In this document: in pieces, positions 29,601 through 37,800 of the stretch | Position numbering within the stretch: position 1 is the first letter of the stretch | Layout: every line of letters begins with the position of its first letter | Virus record (IMG/VR): IMGVR_UViG_3300047508_000198 | Span: 20,945-84,944 of that record | DNA length: 64,000 bases | Origin: a virus | Reading direction: 5' to 3' (one strand) | Made by a program: the position numbers and the translations under genes | The notes under the pieces: model-generated | Seen by the model: the letters and a program-made list of their open reading frames with translations, nothing else | What the model was told of the DNA's origin: nothing | Databases searched by the model: none

Positions 29601-30263
29601 CGGCCGCTCCGGGCCCGAGCCGAAGCCGGAGCCCGAGCCGTCCATCTGCTGCAGCTGCTGGATGCCCGGGGCCTGCTCCGAGCTGATCTGCGAGCTGTGG
29701 TCCGGCGACTCGACCCCGCCGTTGTACTCGTTCTGCGGCGGCGCGAAGTTGTCGAACACCTCCTCGGGCAGCGGGGTCGGCGCGGGGTTGTCCTGGGGGT
29801 CGCGCTCCTGCTGGATCTGCGGCAGGCCGGAGGCGCCCTGGCGGGTCAGGTAGCCGACGTAGGTCATGAACTCGCGCCGGGCCGCCAGCGCGTGAATGCC
29901 GTACGGGCTGGCCGCGGTGTAGGCGTGGCCGAGAGCCTGCTCCTGGAACTCATCGGGGTCGGCCATCAGGTCCCGCGGGATGCCGCGGTACCACTTGGCG
30001 GCCTCGGCGATCATCGCGGTGCGGTAGTCCGAGGCGATCTCCTCATCGCCCAGCCAGTCGGTGGCCGCGGTGTGCCGCTCGAAGGCGGGCAGCGGCTCCA
30101 GCGTCTGGCGTACCGCCGTCGCGCTCAGGTCGGTCTCGCGCGACTGCGCCGCCGATGCCGTCCGGCGCCGGTCGTGCGCGTCGAGCGCAGCCACGGTGAT
30201 CGCCAGCTGGCCGCCAGTCCGGGCACCCTGGATCGCCCGCAGCAGGTCGTCACGCTCGGCCAT
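26568..30263 (-). CDS. Large probable virion protein/polyprotein (1231 aa)
   Basis: Internal repeat ASxLPQIQQ..D..D.PTP twice; RTA/HTA/RQA/KTA motifs; FAGYEDFAACVAANSDKNDPEAYCGKIKH module. Confidence 0.75.
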   Translation of the reverse strand: MAERDDLLRAIQGARTGGQLAITVAALDAHDRRRTASAAQSRETDLSATAVRQTLEPLPAFERHTAATDWLGDEEIASDYRTAMIAEAAKWYRGIPRDLMADPDEFQEQALGHAYTAASPYGIHALAARREFMTYVGYLTRQGASGLPQIQQERDPQDNPAPTPLPEEVFDNFAPPQNEYNGGVESPDHSSQISSEQAPGIQQLQQMDGSGSGFGSGPERPDEHTTSMDTADSYAQIPLGPPGQIPTTPPGAAPSQPSSTPAPGQDQDMDEGAPPRPTAERQAALRVSAYTGPDQDGFRWHIGSDQDVDTFDAPYHERCGSLHWPEQSCGNGHEHTASVAVGYLMNAEDFRRQAYFEVQGADEGTAVLRTGDLKKVAAHHRTIAAAFRAEARSEDEIAWLHGYLARVRPVLAGGKNPFAEDDEEQDAFGQKKKKGKGKKKGKGKPWDKTGAGAGRPPNFPEPRQGQLTKGAPFAGYEDFAACVAANSDKNDPEAYCGKIKHQVEGQHRTAHAEEEQPRHQWDVYSEQQRQEMPDQGAASDRQHEAASQLPQIQQTVDSHDVPTPQADELNQEVAFPLNPEFQGEWETGPDGARPKGATAARSSMTPSNTALRMFGRMDAMEGKKPPHKDSYVFGRKGHGQYLRGHNETRGVIDATNGREPVDKKAYGEMTGRPDLHAHYLGVYSTVKAQHDLDVTSRIPGERAFSNEPGGGQYMGSLRRQADILTKPHETTDDGTAPFNSAQTSPDPWSSNEGSGDYGQGVKDGQDDAAAGEHPTFSDNSSRVSPYVQGYSVGYSGRPPDPGQMDVPRSMGGDAGQAGNAADAQRAFQVSHASLQRQGDYQRPYEHDSYDYVDPSVRSAIPQHVMHDLWRRDPDAGEREPTDEDYSRFRDYVRRTHGQGVHDAYFGHEGVRRHAYLERKRKEFGKAAFTVSASFVTRSAVDDPGFAKGYRFAARWQPGRRLVGQGSPAFEAGLYAAIADRPGGIQARWVVAHQDQAARHPVLAQRLDAHAGFTRKLLLAERGRWQPSATGTYPIFIAMGHKRWPETGQDAIDHLRARGYANAEAAGSHYWQTAQAGSATWNGLEDHAQRQGKTAATSVDLITDGPGASPDPMGSTPLNGPGTPPVMGGGEDPARSGGPPPYQGTEPKGTGPVAPDDVLGQPQEPPQPGGPFTQTFSGRQPGNADLAPVAPNTADSSGYSNTDAYQGDPMHKPQAVAFRRVVQASLAARRAG

Positions 30264-30721
30264 AAGATCGTCTCCCGGGAAGGCAGCGAAGTCTCTGCTT
30301 CTTCCCGGGCCGCCCCGATCAGCGCCCTGAGATGCTCATGGCTAACCGGGGGCGTCCGGCCGACATCCAAAGCATCCAGGAACATTCCGCTGATCTGCGG
30401 GACATCCAGGCCCGCCTCGACCCGGGCCGCTGACCAGCCGGGGATCCGGGCGTACCAGCGCACCCCGTGCACGCCCCTGTCCGGCCGGCGGACGGGCTCG
30501 GCGCTGGCGAGCAGGCACAGCCCGCGCAGGGCCTTCTTGGAGATGGCTACCCGGCCGCCTGCGTCCAGGGCCGCCTGCGCGGCCTGCACCGGGTCCTCGG
30601 GGCCGCTGGCCGCCTTGCGGGCACAACCCGGGTGCTTGCCGTACAAAATCGGGTCGCCGACCGCGATCTCCAGCTCACACACTGGGCAGGTCAGTCCCGA
30701 TTCCCAGTTCTGTCCGAGCAC
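30125..30721 (-). CDS. Hypothetical protein (Zn motif, HTH-like C-part; 3' end overlaps next gene)
   Basis: GAGGAGG RBS; CPVC..HPGC. Confidence 0.45.
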   Translation of the reverse strand: MLGQNWESGLTCPVCELEIAVGDPILYGKHPGCARKAASGPEDPVQAAQAALDAGGRVAISKKALRGLCLLASAEPVRRPDRGVHGVRWYARIPGWSAARVEAGLDVPQISGMFLDALDVGRTPPVSHEHLRALIGAAREEAETSLPSRETILWPSVTTCCGRSRVPGLAASWRSPWLRSTRTTGAGRHRRRSRARPT

Positions 30722-30761
30722 GGGCCCTCCTCACAGCTTCCGGGGGCAGGCTGGAATCGGT

Positions 30762-30790
30762 TTGGAAATATCAAGGTTTATTGATATTCT
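30762..30790 (+). promoter_or_regulatory. Early promoter with operator
   Basis: TTGGAA-17 bp-TATTCT; operator 30769-30786; ATG at 30797 (leaderless). Confidence 0.8.
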
Positions 30791-30796
30791 GGGGTC

Positions 30797-31246
30797 ATGA
30801 TGACCAAGGTAGAGAAGATCCGCAAGGCAGCCCCCGGCCTCCCCGAGGCCGACGTCACCCGGTACGCCCGGATGACCGTGGCCGAAGTGGACAGCCTCTG
30901 CCGCATCCTGCGCCGGACCCGGCGCGACGCGCTGCAGGCCGAGGCCGCCAAGCGCCGTCAGCGTAGGCTCGACAACCGGAGGCACGGCAACTATGACGAG
31001 TTCCAGCTGACGGAGCGCAACTTGCGGGTGGTCGGCAAGCAGGGCGAGCGGGCCGGCGACGGCAACCTGGATGCGCTGGCCGCGCTCGGCGCGACCGCCC
31101 GGTTCGTTGATGAGCAGATCGCCCAGGCGGTGGCCAAGTGCCGCGCCCGGGGCTACACCGACCCGGAGATCGCCGAGATGCTGGGCGTCACCCGGCAGGC
31201 CCTGGGCCAGCGCTACGGCCGCAAGAAGAACATCGGCCTGGCGTAA
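30797..31246 (+). CDS. Helix-turn-helix DNA-binding protein
   Basis: RARGYTDPEIAEMLGVTRQALGQRYG. Confidence 0.8.
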   Translation: MMTKVEKIRKAAPGLPEADVTRYARMTVAEVDSLCRILRRTRRDALQAEAAKRRQRRLDNRRHGNYDEFQLTERNLRVVGKQGERAGDGNLDALAALGATARFVDEQIAQAVAKCRARGYTDPEIAEMLGVTRQALGQRYGRKKNIGLA

Positions 31247-31400
31247 AGGCGCCTTTACGCGGGCCGCGCTAGGATTATAGAGTCCGGCCCGGCAGGCATC
31301 AGTCCCGGAGTTGACCCGAGTGCAAGGCACATCAGCTTCCCAGGGATCAGCGCGAACTGTGCCGCCCATGGCGCAAAGGGGCCTGGCGGGCCGGGCCGGG

Positions 31401-31811
31401 TCACGTCTTCATGTCCGGCAGCCGCCGGGAGCGATCGGTCGGCGGCTGCCGGTCGGGCATGATGTCACGCCGCTTGCGCACCTCCTCGGCCATGTGCGCC
31501 AGGCCCGAGGACATCCGCTGCTGCGGGGTCTGCAGCGACCCGGGCTCGGGCACCTCGATCCCGTGGTGGGTCAGCACGGTGACGGCCAGCTCCCGGCGGC
31601 GGGCCAGCAGCACGCTGGCCATGAAGTCGGTGAACACCTGGCAGGCCGAGTCATCAGCCGAGCCGGCCATCAGCTGCACCGCCTGCTCGATCGCCTCGAT
31701 GTCCATCATGATCGTCTGGGCCCTGGCCGGCCAGGAGGCCACCGGGTGCCACTCGATCTCCGGCTCCTCCGGCTCGGCCGGCTCCGCCGCGGCCTGCGGG
31801 TCCTCAGCCAT
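31401..31811 (-). CDS. Hypothetical protein
   Basis: GGAGG RBS; operon packing. Confidence 0.6.
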   Translation of the reverse strand: MAEDPQAAAEPAEPEEPEIEWHPVASWPARAQTIMMDIEAIEQAVQLMAGSADDSACQVFTDFMASVLLARRRELAVTVLTHHGIEVPEPGSLQTPQQRMSSGLAHMAEEVRKRRDIMPDRQPPTDRSRRLPDMKT

Positions 31812-32019
31812 GGGTGCGGGCCTCCTCCCAGGCCAGGAACGCCAGCCAGCCGGGGCCGTCCAGCCACTCGCCGAACAGCCCGGCGTGGTCGTCGTCGGTG
31901 AACTTCAGCAGGATCTCATGCTCGCCGAGGGACCGGGTGATCTTCTCCGTGCGCGGCAGGTCCGGGAACGGGATCCGCGGCGGCTCAGCCCGGGGCAGGT
32001 CCTGAAACGGGATCGCCAC
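31804..32019 (-). CDS. Hypothetical protein
   Basis: AAGGAGG RBS; IPFxDLPR duplicated. Confidence 0.55.
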   Translation of the reverse strand: MAIPFQDLPRAEPPRIPFPDLPRTEKITRSLGEHEILLKFTDDDHAGLFGEWLDGPGWLAFLAWEEARTHG

Positions 32020-32578
32020 CGAACGCCTCCTTCCAGTGCGGCAGGACGGCCAGGTCGGCCCTCATCTTTTCCAGGACGCGCGGGTCGCGCAGGCCCGCGC
32101 TCGGGTGGTAGGTCGGCAGCATCATCCGGCCGTCCCGGCGCTCCAGCTGGCCGTGGCACTCGCTGACCGGCGGGCCGTCCGGGACCAGGGCCCGGCGGGC
32201 CACCGCGCCCAGGGTGATCACCAGGGCCGGGTCGATGCCGGTGATCTCAGCCTGCAGCCGCGGGCGCGAGACGTGGATCTCGAACTGCTCCGGCGTGCGG
32301 TTGGCCGGCGGCCGGTAGGCCAGCACGTTAGTCACGTAGCACATCCACCGCGGCAGGCCCCGCTCCGCCAGCAGCTGGTCCAGCAGCTGGCCGGACGGGC
32401 CCACGAACGGCTTGAGCTGGACGACCTCCTGCGCCCCCGGGGCCTCGCCGACCAGGAGCACCGGGGCGTTGAGCGGGCCGTCGCCACGGACCAGCGGGGA
32501 CTGGGCCCGCAGCGGCGCCAGCACGGCGATCTGCTCGTAGTCCTCATAGGCCTGGATGATCAGTGCCGGGTCAATCAT
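31985..32578 (-). CDS. udg: Uracil-DNA glycosylase, family 4-like
   Basis: LVGEAPGAQE..PFVGPSGQLL, YVTNV..YRPPANRTP, PTYHPSA. Confidence 0.9.
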   Translation of the reverse strand: MIDPALIIQAYEDYEQIAVLAPLRAQSPLVRGDGPLNAPVLLVGEAPGAQEVVQLKPFVGPSGQLLDQLLAERGLPRWMCYVTNVLAYRPPANRTPEQFEIHVSRPRLQAEITGIDPALVITLGAVARRALVPDGPPVSECHGQLERRDGRMMLPTYHPSAGLRDPRVLEKMRADLAVLPHWKEAFGGDPVSGPAPG

Positions 32579-32814
32579 CCATGCCTCGCATGTCTCCCGG
32601 CCGGGTTGGCCCGGCCGTCGGTCCAGGCCCGCTGCATGACGTCATGCGCGCCCGCCCGGAAGGCATCCTGCAGGCGCGGCGTCAGCTTCTCCCAGGGCGG
32701 CATGACGGCGCCGTCCTGCTCCCAGCCGAGTGCGCCGGCGTAGGCCTCGTAGCAGATCTGGCCGGCTTCCCGTGGCGGTTCGCTCCACGCCATCAGCTCA
32801 TCGGTCAGGCTCAT
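32575..32814 (-). CDS. Hypothetical protein
   Basis: GQICYEAY...MPPWEKL motif; 4-nt overlaps. Confidence 0.6.
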   Translation of the reverse strand: MSLTDELMAWSEPPREAGQICYEAYAGALGWEQDGAVMPPWEKLTPRLQDAFRAGAHDVMQRAWTDGRANPAGRHARHG

Positions 32815-33482
32815 CGGCGATCAGCATACGGCTCCCTTTCCGGCCGGGGGCTGAGCAGGGCGCTCTGGTCAGCCAGCTGGCTGGTGTTGATCCCGAACCG
32901 CTCCAGCGTGTCCAGGATGATCTCGATGGCCACCCGCGGGTGCGGGCCGTCGCTGTTGGTCCGGGTCGCCGCCATCAGCCTGGGGAAGGCCTCGTCGAAC
33001 AAGCTGGAGGACAGCTCGACGCGGCTGGCGTAGACCCACCGCGGCGGGCCAGGCGGGCCCTCGTGCAGGTCCGGGACCTCGCCGACCCGCCGGAAGATCT
33101 CCACCCGCACCGGGTAGCCGAACTCATCCGGCGGCAGCGGCATGTCAGCCAGCGGGTAGGTGTCGTACCGGGTGAAGTTGACCACGCCGACCCGCCGGGT
33201 CATCTTCACCGGCCAGCGGCGGGTGAACCAGGCCGGGGCGTGCTCGTCCTTCAGGTGCTGCCACCAGCTGGCCGGGTACTCGATGTAAAACTCCTGGTTC
33301 TCGCTGAGCACCTGCGCGCCCAGCAGGCTCGCGCTCAGCTCCATGAGCATGCCCCAGGCGTCCTTCCTGACCGCCTCCAGCTGCATCGAGCTGGTGGTGA
33401 AGCTGCCCAGCCGCTCCGGCGCCTGCCGCTGGATCTTGGTCCTCAGCTGGTGCAGGTAGACATGGTGCGGCTCCGGCATCAT
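32811..33482 (-). CDS. Hypothetical protein
   Basis: YPASWWQHLK..PAWFTRRWPV; overlaps. Confidence 0.65.
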   Translation of the reverse strand: MMPEPHHVYLHQLRTKIQRQAPERLGSFTTSSMQLEAVRKDAWGMLMELSASLLGAQVLSENQEFYIEYPASWWQHLKDEHAPAWFTRRWPVKMTRRVGVVNFTRYDTYPLADMPLPPDEFGYPVRVEIFRRVGEVPDLHEGPPGPPRWVYASRVELSSSLFDEAFPRLMAATRTNSDGPHPRVAIEIILDTLERFGINTSQLADQSALLSPRPEREPYADRR

Positions 33483-33694
33483 GGCGTGATCCCCTTGAAC
33501 GGGTCATCCATGGTGCTCAGTGACTCCCAGCCGGGATTGGCGGCCTCCCAGGTGTCCCGGGCGGTCACGCTGCGCGGCACCGACAGGGACGCACACGGGC
33601 CCGGGTGGTACTCGCGGACCTCGCACGGGTGGTCGATCCAGTCCCCGGGCACCGGGATCCGGCAGCTGCGCTCGGGGTAGGCGGCCTTCTTCAA
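33479..33694 (-). CDS. Small Cys/His protein
   Basis: HPCEVREYHPGPCAS. Confidence 0.55.
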   Translation of the reverse strand: MKKAAYPERSCRIPVPGDWIDHPCEVREYHPGPCASLSVPRSVTARDTWEAANPGWESLSTMDDPFKGITP

Positions 33695-33914
33695 TCATCA
33701 CCTGCTAGCGCGTCGAGGGTGATCTCGCGTTCTAGCATTTCATAGTCGGGGACTGGACTGTAGGCCGTGCGGCACCGCGGGCAGAGCTTGTAGCTGAGGT
33801 TGTCTTCCAGCAGGACCTGGCAGCGCGAGCAGTGCGTCATCAGCTCGAAGCCCTCGCGCGACCGGCGGCACGCCTCCGGAGTCCACCAGGACGGCCACCA
33901 GGCCGGGCGCTCAG

Positions 33915-34166
33915 TCACCACCAGCCCAGGCCCTGGCGGCACTTACCGCACCTGTGGTACCACTCATCCTTCTTCTTGTCGTACTTGACCTTGGTCGGGT
34001 TGTGCGGCGGGCACGGCTGGCCGTAGTTCGTGCCGGGCCGGGGGACCGCGCCGCCGGGGCCCTTGTCCCCGCGCTTGTGCCGGTCCCCCTTCTTCCTGAC
34101 CGGCTTGCCGCCCCGCTCGCAGCCGGGCCAGTGCCCGCGGCCCTTACCGCACTTGTCGCAGGCCAC
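33915..34166 (-). CDS. Small basic Cys-rich protein
   Basis: CDKC..H..C and CPPH..CGKC. Confidence 0.5.
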   Translation of the reverse strand: MACDKCGKGRGHWPGCERGGKPVRKKGDRHKRGDKGPGGAVPRPGTNYGQPCPPHNPTKVKYDKKKDEWYHRCGKCRQGLGWW

Positions 34167-34169
34167 CGG

Positions 34170-34487
34170 TCATCCGGCAGGCTCCTGGTCAGTCGGGACG
34201 TCCGGGACGGGCTCGATTTCAGCGTCGTGCCACACGCACAGGCAGCCGGTGCCCATGCTTTCACCCTGGCACTTGACGTGCTCGGCACGGCGCTGATCGT
34301 AGCTCATCGTCGTGGCGCGGAACTCCAGGTGGCCCCGGCAGCGGGTGCTCAGGTGCGCATCGGCCGCCTGCTGGCGGGCCAGGTCCAGGGCCTTGTCCAG
34401 GATCATGGACCGCAGCTGCTGGCGCTCGGCCAGCGGCATGCCGGGCCGCATCCTCGGGCGGTCCTGCCCCGTCGTCTCGTCCGGCAT
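34170..34487 (-). CDS. Hypothetical protein
   Basis: HLSTRC..EHVKC..CLCVWH. Confidence 0.55.
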   Translation of the reverse strand: MPDETTGQDRPRMRPGMPLAERQQLRSMILDKALDLARQQAADAHLSTRCRGHLEFRATTMSYDQRRAEHVKCQGESMGTGCLCVWHDAEIEPVPDVPTDQEPAG

Positions 34488-34499
34488 GCCGCTGTCCTC

Positions 34500-34808
34500 T
34501 CAGAACTGGTCGGGCGAGGTGATCGCGTCGGTGATCACGACGGTCGGCGGCACGGACATGTCGCCGCCCACCGAGGCGATGAACGTCTGCAGCTCGGGCC
34601 GGCTGAAGAACGACTGGAAGCCGTCCTCGTCCGTCCACTCGTCCACGACCATGATCATGCCGTCGCCGACGCCGAACCGGTGATGCAGCGCGCCGGCCAT
34701 CCGGGCGTCTGCGGCGAATCGCTCGTAGTCATCGGCCCGGTCGGTCAGGGACTTCTGGAATACCTCGGTGTCGCCCTCGATCGCGACGGTGATGAGCTTG
34801 CTACCCAT
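34500..34808 (-). CDS. Small dimeric alpha/beta-barrel (ABM-like) protein
   Basis: GALHHRFG..IMVVDEWTDEDGFQSFF; start MGSKLIT with GAGG RBS. Confidence 0.6.
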   Translation of the reverse strand: MGSKLITVAIEGDTEVFQKSLTDRADDYERFAADARMAGALHHRFGVGDGMIMVVDEWTDEDGFQSFFSRPELQTFIASVGGDMSVPPTVVITDAITSPDQF

Positions 34809-34836
34809 GCGGGAGCCTCTTCCTTGAGGGGGTGTA

Positions 34837-37800
34837 TCAAGGAACCATAGCAGGCTTCGCCTCGCGCTCGATGCCAAGTTCGCTGTAATCGGCCGCGCCG
34901 CGGCCGGAGTGCTTGATCGTGACGTGGTGGCCGAGCGGGTGGTATTCCCAGCTGGGGCTGGTGCGCTCCGGCTTCTGCGGGACCAGGTAGCCGGGGTTGC
35001 CGCTGTGGTCGACGTACGCGCCCTCCAGCTTGACGTGAGCACCCGGCCGGAAACGCACCTCGGCCTCCCAGTCCATGGACCGGTGGATGCCCCGCCACAT
35101 CGGGTGCGACCGCGGGAACGCCTGCTTCTCGTGGTCCTCGACGACGCCCTGCCAGACGACCCGGCGCTTGCCGGGCTCGCCGGTCGGGTGGGTGATCAGC
35201 GCATCAGGGTTGGCCGTCCAGTGCATGCCGACCGACCCGGCATCCTTCGGGTGCTCGGTCTCATCGCGCATCTCGCCGCGCCAGACCCGGGTGCCGGGCG
35301 GCGGGTTCTTCGCCAGGTCGAACATCTCGCGGCGGTGCACGCCCAGGTCCTCGGTGTCGAAGGCGCGCTGCTGCTCCGGGGGCAGGCTGCCCGGGGTGAT
35401 GACCGCGGTCCTGGCCGTGCGGAAGTCCTTCACCAGCACCGGGACCGGCTTGTCGTACCCGGCCTCGTTCAGCGCGAAGGTCCGGTGATGGCCGTTCCAC
35501 AGCCAGGACTGGTCATCATCGTGGACCAGGGTGATCGGATGGCTGGGCGGGTAGCTATGCGTGTCGCCGCTCATCCCGCCGTGCAGGGACGGCTTGTAGC
35601 CCTGCTGGCGGATCTTCTCAGCCAGGTCGCTGATGTGCCGGCGCCCGGCGGGGTCCTGCATGCGCCAGGCCTCCCGCTGCGCGTACGGCAGCAGGTCGCG
35701 CGGGTGGATGCGCTCTACGCGCTGGGTGTAGAGGGCCGCCGCGGTCTTGTCCACCCGCGAGCGGCGCACCGTGTCCCAGGTCTTGGCGAAGCCCGGGTGC
35801 AGCGCGCCGGTCTCCTTCAGGCCGTCCACCTCGTGCTTGTCGAACCAGGCGTGGCCCTCGGCCTCGAAGCTGGTGCTGCCGCCGCCCTTCGGCTCGAACC
35901 GCTTGCCGAGGTCGGCCACGTGGGTGTCCGCGAACCAGCCGCCGTGATCGTCGCGCACGGTGTGATGGTGCTTCATCCGGGGCAGCGGGCCCATCTCCTC
36001 GGCCGCCTCGCGCCGGGCCGCAGCGTAGGAGTCTTCCCCCTCGTGCTGCAGCGCGCCGCCGGGCAGCGCCCAGGTGCCGCCGTGGTCGGTGAAGCCGGAG
36101 GAGGTCCGCTTCTGCAGCAGGTACCGGTGGTGGCCGTCGGGGGCCCGGTGCCGCAGCAGCAGGAATGAGGCCCCGTGCGGGCCCCAGTGCTCATGGCCCT
36201 GGTCGCATTCGACGTAGCCGGTGTCAGGAGTAAAATCGTCACCGGCATTGGCCATATCAATAATCATAGCCTTCTTCGGATACCCCTTGCCGGGCACCTC
36301 TTCCAAAACCCTGACCGGGGCTTTCGTGCGGAATGCTCCCGGGCCGCCATCTTCAGAGTCATCCTCCACCGGCCCGCTGGGCCGGACCCGGTACACGCGC
36401 GGCGTGTCGTCGGAGTATTCGTCATCCGGACTAGGGGCCGCATGAGCATAACCCGCGGCACGCTCCTGGCTCGTGGTGAGGTACACATGCTCCATGACAG
36501 AGCCGCTGACTCCCCCGCGGTGGCCGGGAGTCAGGTCCTGGCCGGGATGGAAGAATTTCCTCGTCCCGTGAAAAAACTCCTGCGGCCCGGCCGAGGCCTG
36601 GCGCGGATACCCCTTGCCGGTACCCGGCTGGTTCCACCAGGGGTTCGGGTCCTCCGGCGAGGCACCGCGCTCGTGGAGGCTGACAACCCGCAGCGGGTGC
36701 TCAGACCGGTGGCCCATGCCGTCCGGGTCCGGCTCGACCGGGCCGGTCGGCTCCACCTGGTAGATGCTGTACGTCTTGGCCTTGTTGCGGACGGCGGCCA
36801 GCCCGCCGAACGTCCGCGCCACTGAGTCAGTAGCCGATAGATATACATGCTTCTTGCTCGACACGTCATGGCCCTTGTGGCCGGGCTCGATCAGGGCGCC
36901 GGGGCTGAGCCGGGCGGCGGTGCCGTGGTAGTAAGGCCCGTCGTAGGCCGGGGCCGCGGCGGTCTTGCCCGGGTGGTGCATGTAGTCCTCGGGCAGGAAC
37001 TCCGACGGCGCGATGTCGGCCGGGATGTGGTTGCCGTGCCGCTCCTTCACCTCGGGGCCCTTAGATGCGCCGGGCAGCTTGTACTTGCGCCGGTTCGGGA
37101 TCCAGCTGTGCCGGTGGCCGATCACCGGCACCGCCTCGTGCCCGGCCTCAGCTGCCCAGGCCAGGCGGCTGTTGCCCTCGGGCACGTAGGCGTAGTTGGA
37201 CTTCGGGTCCCAGTTGACGTGGATCGGCTGGCGGATGCCCTCGTCTCTCACGGACTGGACATTGGCCGCCCACTCCTCGGGCGTGTGCCGCGGCGCCATC
37301 ACCTCGCCCTCGGGGCTGCGCGAGGTACCGGGCCCGTGGTGCCACTCGCGGTGCTTCATCAGCTTGTCGGTGCGCACCCACTCCACCCGGGCCTGCTCGA
37401 ACCGCTTGCTCACCTCGGACAGGTCCCCGCCGGGCAGGATGGCCTGCTTGCGCACGCCGGGGTAGGCGCCGCCGTGCTCGGCGTGGAAGCGGCCCACCCG
37501 GTCGTACATCGGCTTATCCTCGTTCAGCTCCGAGGAGTAGCCACGCTTACCGTGCTGCCAATTCTCGTCCTCGCCCCAGAACCGGGGCTCGACCGGGTGA
37601 TGCTCGACCTCGTGCGGCTCGGGCGCGGTCTTCGGCGGGGCGATGTGCTCGACGTGGGTGGTCTCGATCTGGCTGGGCCGGGTGGCGATCGCCGAGATGT
37701 GCCGGACGTCCTGCCTGGTGTGCTCGGCGAACTCCTTGTCCCACTCGCCGTCGTAGCTGCCCTGGCCGGGCCCCTCGACCTCGTTGCCGTAGGTGATGCC

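Noticed and set aside
26427-30800. 1457-aa plus-strand ORF and other long antisense ORFs (8124-10283, 36847-39792, 42818-45043, 59027-60925)
   Set aside because: Shadow ORFs opposite real high-GC genes; no recognisable motifs
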